A DNA stretch of 32,000 bases, taken from the NCBI RefSeq assembly GCF_001545095.1, contig NZ_CP013213.1:480001-512000 (forward strand), in the 5' to 3' direction. This DNA comes from Erysipelothrix larvae. Lineage in GTDB: Bacteria; Bacillota_I; Bacilli_A; Erysipelotrichales; Erysipelotrichaceae. Under the pieces are notes generated by a model. That model saw only the letters and a list, made by a program, of their open reading frames with translations. It was not told the DNA's origin and made no database searches. This document shows positions 1 to 7,511 of the stretch, piece after piece (the first letter of the stretch is position 1; each line of letters begins with the position of its first letter). Both the position numbers and the translations under genes were made by a program.

Positions 1-360
1 GAGAATCTGAACACACTCATCAGAGTGATGGCTCAGAGTAGAGTTGCATCAATCGTTGATTTTAGCCGAACTTTAGGAAAGTGGAAAAATGAAATTGTCG
101 CAACTTTCAATAAAGTAGAAAAATGCACAAAGGTCACAAATAAGAAAACAGGAGAAACCCATTATGAAGTTTCCATAACACACATAAACAGTGCGTTGAT
201 TGAGAATCGAAATCGCATAATCAAGCAAATAAAAAACAATGCAAGTGGCTATCGTAATTGGGAGCGGTTTAGGAATCGTGTGTTGTATGTGCTTAATGAA
301 GACGCAACATATCGAATTAACCCAATAATTAAAACAACCTATGACAAAGGACTCTCTTAA
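1..360 (+). CDS. ISL3-family transposase, C-terminal fragment (continues upstream of the window)
   Basis: Frame is open from nt 1 (ENLNTLIRVMAQSR...). Sequence is identical to the C-terminus of the 491-aa transposase at 4163..5638. Confidence 0.9.
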   Translation, partial: ENLNTLIRVMAQSRVASIVDFSRTLGKWKNEIVATFNKVEKCTKVTNKKTGETHYEVSITHINSALIENRNRIIKQIKNNASGYRNWERFRNRVLYVLNEDATYRINPIIKTTYDKGLS

Positions 361-520
361 GAAATGACTCATTATTGATATACTATAACAAAAAGAGGGA
401 AGCTATAGTCATGTGCGACTACGCTTCCCTTTGGTCTTTAACAAACTTGTTTGGGGTAACTTACTCCCCAAGTTATTTTATATCATTTTCTGAATTATCC
501 CCAAGTTATTTCAGACCGCC
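1..520 (+). mobile_element. 3' portion of a second copy of the ISL3-family IS (truncated by the window edge)
   Basis: nt 361-520 checked base by base as the exact reverse complement of 4003-4162. ORF-track proteins 25..360 and 73..372 are identical to the matching parts of 4163..5638 and 4151..4450. Identity ends at 520 / 4003. Confidence 0.9.
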
Positions 521-618
521 TTTTTTTAGGGTCCATTTTAAAGTAGGAATACCTCATTGTAATCTGCGAATGAGTAACAGTTAACTTAAGGATACGAGAC
601 GTCAAAAAGTCGGGGTTT

Positions 619-1197
619 TTACTCAAGTGAACTGAAGTCGTGATTGATGATTTCTTGAAGTTTGAATGTTTGTCCATCATATGCATAGTTTAAGAATGAA
701 CAATTTTGAATACGGGTGGTGCGTTTTACATCACTTGTATGTTCCCATTTACGATAAAATTGAGCAATTGCTGCACCGTGGGATACGATGAGAATGTTTT
801 CGCCATCACTCTTATCAACAACCTCTTTGATTGCAAGTGTAATTCGTTTGTTGAAGTCATCTTCATCCTCGCCCCCAAATTGCACAAAGAAATCACGATA
901 TGGAAGGGGTGGATTTAAGTGTTCCCCTTCAGCCTCCAAATCACCAAAGTTCCATTCTCTTAAGTTTTTGTCGGTTTCGAAGGGAATATTTGTAATGAGT
1001 TTTAAGGTATCAATGGCACGTTCTGATGTTGAACTGAATGCTCGATCAAATACAATTCCAATTTCATCAAGATGTGCTTTCGCAATCTGTGCTTGTTTGA
1101 TTCCAATGTCTGTTAAGGGAGAATCACAAAACCCTTGGATTTTCTTTTGGCGGTTAAATAACGTCTGCCCATGACGTACTAGATATACATTTTTCAT
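619..1197 (-). CDS. histidine phosphatase family protein (phosphoglycerate mutase-like, GpmB type)
   Basis: N-terminal VRHGQTLFN (RHG catalytic motif) and later SHGAAI histidine motif. 192 aa. GAGGAGG Shine-Dalgarno upstream of the ATG. Confidence 0.8.
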   Translation of the reverse strand: MKNVYLVRHGQTLFNRQKKIQGFCDSPLTDIGIKQAQIAKAHLDEIGIVFDRAFSSTSERAIDTLKLITNIPFETDKNLREWNFGDLEAEGEHLNPPLPYRDFFVQFGGEDEDDFNKRITLAIKEVVDKSDGENILIVSHGAAIAQFYRKWEHTSDVKRTTRIQNCSFLNYAYDGQTFKLQEIINHDFSSLE

Positions 1198-1209
1198 CAG
1201 TGCCTCCTC

Positions 1210-1238
1210 TTGTCAATACGCGGTTTATCGCATATAAT
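1210..1238 (+). promoter_or_regulatory. sigma-A type promoter for the MerR-family gene
   Basis: TTGTCA (1210-1215), 17-nt spacer, TATAAT (1233-1238), about 50 nt upstream of the ATG at 1290. Confidence 0.55.
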
Positions 1239-1289
1239 TACTATACAACACGGTTGTAACTACCGGTCAAGTGATATGGAGGGTTTTTT

Positions 1290-1688
1290 ATGGCAACAAT
1301 GAAAGAAGTGTGTACACAACTGGATCTCAGTTATGAAACATTGAAATATTACTGCAATGAAGGGCTTGTACCCAATCACACGCGGGATAAAAACAATCAC
1401 CGTATTTTCAGTGAGAAAGACATCCAATGGATCAGTGGACTTTTATGTCTAAGAGATTGTGGCATGAGTATTAAGGATATGAAACAATACATGGCGTATG
1501 CCTATGAGGGAATGGATTCAATTCTTAAACGCAAAGCAATGCTTGAAGAAACAAAGCAAGACCTGGAAGCGCGTTTATCAGTCATTCAAAGATCCTTGGA
1601 TTTTATCGATACAAAACAACAATACTACGATGATGTGTTAGCGGGTAAAATTGCGCTTACCAGTAATCTAAATCTAGATGAAGCATAA
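1290..1688 (+). CDS. MerR family transcriptional regulator
   Basis: N-terminal winged-HTH pattern (MKEVCTQLDLSYETLKYYCNEGLV...HRIFSEKDI) followed by a coiled-coil dimerisation helix. 132 aa. Confidence 0.8.
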   Translation: MATMKEVCTQLDLSYETLKYYCNEGLVPNHTRDKNNHRIFSEKDIQWISGLLCLRDCGMSIKDMKQYMAYAYEGMDSILKRKAMLEETKQDLEARLSVIQRSLDFIDTKQQYYDDVLAGKIALTSNLNLDEA

Positions 1689-1743
1689 TAAAAACGACCA
1701 TGATATAGTTAAATTAATAGTTTTAGAATTTTAGGAGGTATCT

Positions 1744-2424
1744 ATGACAACCAGACTAAAAGAATCCATAGAAAATGATAGCTCTCAATTAGGTAATAAG
1801 AAATGGATATTCTTCGATGTTGGTTATACTCTTACCAATGAAACCAAATGTTATGAGGACCACGTCAAACAATGCGTTGATAGATTATCTAAAAAAAATA
1901 TAGTTGTATCAGAAACTGATTATTATAATTTGATGATTGATGCTTCTAAGAATGGACTGAAACCTATAAGATCTGTTTGGGAACAGTTTAGCAATAAAGA
2001 AAGACCAAAATGGAATGCTAAATCAGAAGTAATTTATGAAGACACCTATTCGACACTCGAAAAGCTATCTAAGAGATACAAATTGGGTATTATTGCAAAT
2101 CAAATTGAAGGACTTGAGAACCGTTTATTCGAACACGGTATATACAAATTTTTCAAGGTAATAGTATCATCGCATGAAGCTGGTGTTAAAAAACCAAATC
2201 CTCAAATTTTTCAAAAGGCTCTGCAAGAAGCAAATACAACTGCTGATAATTGTATTTATATTGGCGATAGACCTGATAACGATATTGTGCCGGCAAAGAA
2301 ACTCGGTTTCACAACCGTTAGGATCATGAAAGGACTTGGACAATATCAGCCAGAACACCCTTGCTATAGTTCAGATTACACTATTAAAGATTTGCATGAG
2401 ATTTTGTGTTTGCTGAATTACTAA
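1744..2424 (+). CDS. HAD-superfamily hydrolase
   Basis: Motif I-like FFDVGYTL, motif III K (GVKKPNP) and motif IV GDRPDNDI. AGGAGG Shine-Dalgarno. Confidence 0.7.
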   Translation: MTTRLKESIENDSSQLGNKKWIFFDVGYTLTNETKCYEDHVKQCVDRLSKKNIVVSETDYYNLMIDASKNGLKPIRSVWEQFSNKERPKWNAKSEVIYEDTYSTLEKLSKRYKLGIIANQIEGLENRLFEHGIYKFFKVIVSSHEAGVKKPNPQIFQKALQEANTTADNCIYIGDRPDNDIVPAKKLGFTTVRIMKGLGQYQPEHPCYSSDYTIKDLHEILCLLNY

Positions 2425-2492
2425 ACAATGGATATGATGCAGTTGAATTTTTAATCAAATTAATAATGAATAGTTGAAAGGATGAGAAGTAT

Positions 2493-2945
2493 ATGAGAAC
2501 GGAAGTTGTTACACTTACTAACATGTGCATGATTGAAGATGGAGATAAAATATTGGTTTTGAATAAAACCGGGGAAAATGATCCAGAGTATGTCGGGCTT
2601 ACCTTTCCTGGCGGACATATAGAAAGAGGAGAATCACTTGTTGACTCAGCAATTAGGGAAGTAAAAGAAGAAACAGGTTTAGATATTGATAATGTTGTTT
2701 TGTGTGGTGTCAAACATTTCCCTACCGATAATGGTCGATATATTGTATTTTTCTTTAGAACAAATTCATTTTCTGGTGTTCTCAAATCTTCAAACGAAGG
2801 TGAAGTCTTTTGGATAAAAAAAGCAAATTTGACAGATTATCAACTTTCAGTTGACTTTGAAGAAATGGTTAATATTTTTACTGGTGAAAAATCAGAGTTT
2901 TATTATTATTTAGAGGAAAATGAGTGGAAATTTGATATTAAATAA
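2493..2945 (+). CDS. NUDIX hydrolase
   Basis: Nudix box GGHIERGESLVDSAIREVKEETG (GX5EX7REUXEEXGU). Confidence 0.85.
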   Translation: MRTEVVTLTNMCMIEDGDKILVLNKTGENDPEYVGLTFPGGHIERGESLVDSAIREVKEETGLDIDNVVLCGVKHFPTDNGRYIVFFFRTNSFSGVLKSSNEGEVFWIKKANLTDYQLSVDFEEMVNIFTGEKSEFYYYLEENEWKFDIK

Positions 2946-3271
2946 TTGTAATTAACATATGAATCTTAGGATAAAAATGTTTAAAAAAAACGCCACTCAT
3001 AAAGAACTCAAATATGATTATACTTACTTCTAATGGTCTTTCTAATCCATCATTAATCAACATAGTGAAAAATGAATCCAGTTCAAAAATTATTACAAAA
3101 CTTAATTTTTTTTCGCATGCAAAAAAAAATGAATGCAAATGATATAAAATCTTTATTTTTCTTTGTAAGTATGCAACAATTAAGGTGCATATTTTTTTTA
3201 CACGCAATCATTTATAGGGTATTTCACCGCTCATCGCTTGATCTTTTTTTTGTGGGGAGTTAAGGGGTAAT

Positions 3272-4002
3272 ATGAAAGAATATATAAAACCATTTACGCG
3301 TCAAATGGCATTTGGGATTACAATAAAAGCAGTTGGATCATTCATCGAACTGCTTTTACCCTATACACTGGCCCTCATTATTGACGAAATCATTCCAACA
3401 CGTGACATTCAAAAGGTGATGATTTATGGATTGGGCATGGTGATTCTTGCCTTTATTGCATACCGCATGAATGTATACGCCAATCGACGTGCGAGTAAAA
3501 TATCGAAAGAGATCATTGTTGAGATGCGCGATGACTTGTTTCAACGTGCACTCACATTGACTTCACATCAAATTGATAACATTGGGATTTCATCCTTGGA
3601 AACACGCGTTACCACAGATACTTATAATGTACACCGTATGCTGGGTATGACACAACGTATGGGGATTCGTGGACCCATTCTTTTATTAGGTGGAATCATC
3701 ATTTCCTTTGCAATGGAACCAGTCCTGGCCCTTGTCATGGTCTCTATGCTTCCATTTATCTCAATTTTAACCTATTTTAGAGCCAAAAAAAGCATTCCCT
3801 TATACCGCCAAGTGCAAGAAAAACAAGACCACTTAATCGGTGTTGTTCGCGAAAATATTCAAGGGATGCGTATTATTAAAGCCTTTGTTCAACATGAACA
3901 TGAGGAAATGAAATTTGAAGGGGTGAATGATGGTCTTGTATCAACTGAAACCTATGTTGGAACCAAAATGGCATTGATTAATCCCTTGATGAATCTATTT
4001 AT
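3272..4002 (+). pseudogene. ABC exporter subunit 1 (fused TMD-NBD), 5' fragment interrupted by the IS
   Basis: Type-I exporter TMD sequence. The frame runs into the IS and stops 3 codons inside it (..NLFM|AV*). It continues in frame at 6536 once the IS plus one TSD copy is removed. Confidence 0.85.
3995..4002. repeat. target-site duplication, left copy (CTATTTAT)
   Basis: The identical 8-mer directly abuts both IS ends (3995-4002 and 6528-6535). 8 bp is the duplication length known for ISL3 elements. Confidence 0.85.
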
Positions 4003-4162
4003 GGCGGTCTGAAATAACTTGGGGATAATTCAGAAAATGATATAAAATAACTTGGGGAGTAAGTTACCCCAAACAAGTTTGTTAAAGACCAAAGGGAAGC
4101 GTAGTCGCACATGACTATAGCTTCCCTCTTTTTGTTATAGTATATCAATAATGAGTCATTTC

Positions 4163-5638
4163 TTAAGAGAGTCCTTTGTCATAGGTTGTTTTAATTATTG
4201 GGTTAATTCGATATGTTGCGTCTTCATTAAGCACATACAACACACGATTCCTAAACCGCTCCCAATTACGATAGCCACTTGCATTGTTTTTTATTTGCTT
4301 GATTATGCGATTTCGATTCTCAATCAACGCACTGTTTATGTGTGTTATGGAAACTTCATAATGGGTTTCTCCTGTTTTCTTATTTGTGACCTTTGTGCAT
4401 TTTTCTACTTTATTGAAAGTTGCGACAATTTCATTTTTCCACTTTCCTAAAGTTCGGCTAAAATCAACGATTGATGCAACTCTACTCTGAGCCATCACTC
4501 TGATGAGTGTGTTCAGATTCTCGTGTGCATTCTCAGCTTTTGATTCATTGAAGAATTGATCGAGTAAGAACTTCATGTTATATGCATCTTCAAGGCCATT
4601 GCTCGTTTGAAGAATTAGGTCTATTATGTCGTAAAGGTTTAGAAACTTTCCCAATTTCTTATTGCGTTGTTTCGGTACATTTGGATCAAATATATTGTAT
4701 TTCTTATCTTTAACTGTGGTTGTTGCTTTGGGGTTTTTATAGAGTAACCAGTTGAACTTTTTAAGCAGATAGTATTGCTGGTCACGCTTATAATATTCTT
4801 GTCTTTTGACTTTATCTTCTGTTTGCTTCCAGTTCTTAGGAGGTTTTAGTTTCTTCATAGTGTCTACCCTAATAGAGTCGATACGTTTCATTAAATCACT
4901 ATAAACATGAAAACGATCAACACTGATAAACGCGTTTGGAAGGAATTGTTTTGCGACGACTCTATAGCTATACCACATGTCGATTCCAATACCTAAGACT
5001 CCTTTGCGTTCTTCAAGGGGGATTTGGCTAAAATACGCGACTAAGTCTTGTTTCTTACGGGACGGTAATATATCTACGATATTCTTTGTCATTGCATCAA
5101 TAAGAACGCATACATAATCACTGCGATCACTGTGGTACGCATAACATTCATCAATAAGCAGATAAGCGGGTAGTTTTTGTCTGGAGACAGAAACGTGGGA
5201 ATCGAAAATAGATGATACTGTAGTGGGAGATAACCGATATCTATTGGCAACTGTGGTAAACGTTTCATGTGGCGATTTAAGATCATTCAGGACATTATAT
5301 ACGGTCAGCTGAGTAATCTTCATATTTCGATACGCAAATGGATTGTGTTCAAAAAAGCATTTATTACACGTTGTGCATTTATAACGTCGTGCACGGTAAC
5401 GAATGTAACAGGGTATATGTGTTACCAGTGAGTGGAGAAGCTTCTTTTCAGAATAATCTTTGATTGTGGATGTTTTGCTTTCACAAATTGGGCATGTTTG
5501 TTCCTCTACCTGAAGCGTAATGTACACATTCAATGCGTCACTTTGACCTTTGATATCAATCTTCTGGACTTGATGGTGTTCTAAGTTAAATAATTCAAGA
5601 ATTTTTTCGTTACTTAAAAGAGTGGCATTAGCGTTCAT
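4163..5638 (-). CDS. ISL3 family transposase
   Basis: 491 aa. N-terminal zinc finger (CPICES...CTTCNKCF, zf-ISL3 style) and a DDE-type core. Length and layout are typical of ISL3 transposases. Confidence 0.85.
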   Translation of the reverse strand: MNANATLLSNEKILELFNLEHHQVQKIDIKGQSDALNVYITLQVEEQTCPICESKTSTIKDYSEKKLLHSLVTHIPCYIRYRARRYKCTTCNKCFFEHNPFAYRNMKITQLTVYNVLNDLKSPHETFTTVANRYRLSPTTVSSIFDSHVSVSRQKLPAYLLIDECYAYHSDRSDYVCVLIDAMTKNIVDILPSRKKQDLVAYFSQIPLEERKGVLGIGIDMWYSYRVVAKQFLPNAFISVDRFHVYSDLMKRIDSIRVDTMKKLKPPKNWKQTEDKVKRQEYYKRDQQYYLLKKFNWLLYKNPKATTTVKDKKYNIFDPNVPKQRNKKLGKFLNLYDIIDLILQTSNGLEDAYNMKFLLDQFFNESKAENAHENLNTLIRVMAQSRVASIVDFSRTLGKWKNEIVATFNKVEKCTKVTNKKTGETHYEVSITHINSALIENRNRIIKQIKNNASGYRNWERFRNRVLYVLNEDATYRINPIIKTTYDKGLS

Positions 5639-5771
5639 AGAAACCCTGCCTCTCTTTGACTATTTTGATAAGGTTTCATTATGTATCTTGCTCCTAAATA
5701 TAAAAATGATTGTCTGTTATTTAAATAACCATCTTCATTATATTCAATCTGAGGAGTTAAAACTATTTTTC

Positions 5772-6242
5772 TCATGTTGGTGAAGTAATGGCGGAATGAT
5801 AGATATTCCGTTTTGTGGATAATATGAAGTAATTCAATCGTTCCAAATAACTTAAATGTCTCACCGATTCATAATCGTTAAAACGTATTTTTATCCGAAT
5901 ATATGTTGATTCATCAATATCAGTTAAAAGCGTGCTATCAAGTTCATGGGTTAATATTATTTCAATTGTGGGTACAGACAGTTGAAAATAGGGAAGTAAG
6001 TTACTTGGTATTATTGCATGAGTTCTCTTACATTGATTACAAAAGAAACGTGCGATTTCTACGACAATGGTTAATCGCCCAGTAATTATGGTTTTCGGAT
6101 AGTATCCATAACGAATCAGTGTATCTGTTTTTGAACAGCACGGACAAGGTATTGTTTTTGGATTAATTGAATTGAGAAATTTGTAATATTCCTTTTGAGA
6201 AAACTGTTTATTATTGAATGTGTTTGAGAAAACTGTTATCAT
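5772..6242 (-). CDS. small Cys4 zinc-ribbon protein encoded inside the IS, upstream of the transposase
   Basis: 156 aa. CPCCSKTD..(28 aa)..CNQCKRTH resembles the CPxC...CxxC finger of the transposase N-terminus. GGAG Shine-Dalgarno 7 nt before the ATG. It lies within the IS boundaries. A possible DUF6431-type protein, from memory only. Confidence 0.6.
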   Translation of the reverse strand: MITVFSNTFNNKQFSQKEYYKFLNSINPKTIPCPCCSKTDTLIRYGYYPKTIITGRLTIVVEIARFFCNQCKRTHAIIPSNLLPYFQLSVPTIEIILTHELDSTLLTDIDESTYIRIKIRFNDYESVRHLSYLERLNYFILSTKRNIYHSAITSPT

Positions 6243-6342
6243 ATTCTTACTCCTTTATAGGAGGTATTGGATTGGTAGAAACTTAGGTCTGGAAACTTGG
6301 GGTTTCTACCATTTTATTAACCTCGTTAAACTAATAATACAA

Positions 6343-6395
6343 AAAAAATCACTTTAATACAGCACTTAATTGTGCATAAAGTAAAGTGATTTTTT
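6343..6395. terminator. 14-bp perfect hairpin (A6TCACTTTA / TAAAGTGAT6) inside the IS left end; candidate bidirectional insulator terminator
   Basis: 6343-6356 pairs perfectly with 6382-6395. There are A/T runs on both sides. It sits between the IS terminus and the orfA promoter region. Confidence 0.45.
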
Positions 6396-6527
6396 ATTCT
6401 GCTGGTCTAAGATAATCAGTTTACAACAGAAATCCCCAAACTTCTTTAAAGACAGAGGCTAGAGCAAGATTACCTCACCCCAAGAAATAGTGTTGCGAGT
6501 GAAAACCCCAAGTAAAGTTTAATATCC

Positions 6528-6535
6528 CTATTTAT
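6528..6535. repeat. target-site duplication, right copy (CTATTTAT)
   Basis: Same 8-mer as 3995-4002, directly abutting the IS end. Confidence 0.85.
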
Positions 6536-7511
6536 GAACTTAGGGATGGTGCTTGTGATTTTGGTCGGTGCCTATCGTGTCAGCAGTGGATACAGTGAAG
6601 CGGGAAAAATTATCGCATTCGCCAGCTATTTTACCATTATTTCAAATGCCATGATGGCGGTGAGTCGGATTTTTGTAATGTTTTCAAAAGGACTTGCAAG
6701 TTCAAGACGGATCTTGGAAGTGATTGACACACCCTATGAAGAAACGCATGGAGATTTCGACACCTATGATCGATTACAACCTGCAATTGAGTTTGATGCT
6801 GTCTCTTTCTCATATTTAGGAAATAAGGATAATGTCGCCGATATATCGTTTACCATAAATAAAGGAGAAACCCTTGGTATCATTGGACCCACTGGATCAG
6901 GGAAGTCTACGTTGATTCAATTGTTGCTGAGGCTTTATAAACCACAAAAAGGGACAATCTCAGTGTATGGTCATGATATCCAAACCTATGATGCACAGTA
7001 TAATCAATTGTTTGGTCTGGTTCATCAACATGATTTTGTATTTCAATCGACTTTGGGCGAGAATATTCGTTTTGGTCGATCCTTTGATGATGCAGCCATT
7101 TTAGAAGCAATGAAAAATGCTCAAGCCAGTGAATTTGTCAGTCGATTACCCAAAGGTCTTGAAGCACCCATCGCAAGTAAAGGAACCAATGTATCGGGTG
7201 GTCAACGACAACGGATTCTAATCAGTCGTGCTTTAGTGAGTTCCCCGGATATCTTAATCCTGGATGATTCAAGCAGCGCGTTGGATTATCAAACCGATGC
7301 GAAACTCAGAAACGCACTCAAAACACAGTATCGTGGTGTTACCAAGGTGATGGTGGCACAACGGATTGCGAGTATTCTCAACGCTGACACAATCCTTGTG
7401 ATGAAAGATGGAAGAATTTTAGATGTTGGAACCCATGAAACACTCCTTAAACGCTGTGATTTATACAATGAAATCTATGATACACAGATGGGAGGCATGA
7501 TTGATGACTAA
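6536..7511 (+). pseudogene. ABC exporter subunit 1, 3' fragment (last TM helices plus NBD)
   Basis: Walker A GPTGSGKST, signature VSGGQRQR, Walker B ILILDDSSSALD (Asp instead of the catalytic Glu), switch region VAQR (Gln instead of His). In frame with 3272..4002 after IS excision. Confidence 0.85.

Larger units (their letters stand above)
4003..6527 (-). mobile_element. complete ISL3-family insertion sequence carrying two ORFs
   Basis: Bounded by the 8-bp TSD. Imperfect terminal inverted repeats GGCGGTCTGAAATAACTTGGGG (4003-4024) and GGATATTAAACTTTACTTGGGG (reverse complement of 6506-6527). Contains the ISL3 transposase and an upstream zinc-ribbon ORF. A second identical end lies at 1-520. 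Confidence 0.9.

Noticed and set aside
73-372. 99-aa ORF antisense to the transposase, present twice (73..372 minus and 4151..4450 plus).
   Set aside because: It lies entirely antisense within the transposase 3' end, has no Shine-Dalgarno and has a Cys/Phe/Ile-rich composition. It appears twice only because the IS is duplicated.
2384-2785. 133-aa ORF antisense to the NUDIX gene, with similar antisense ORFs at 788..1174, 13241..13561, 14259..14543 and 21046..21382.
   Set aside because: Each is fully overlapped by a motif-supported gene on the other strand and lacks translation signals.
521-4002. A composite transposon formed by the two IS copies.
   Set aside because: Copy 2 has its own intact 8-bp target duplication inside a gene that is restored by precise excision. 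It therefore inserted on its own. The cargo is ordinary housekeeping genes plus half a gene. It is kept only as an inversion or mobilisation possibility in the findings.
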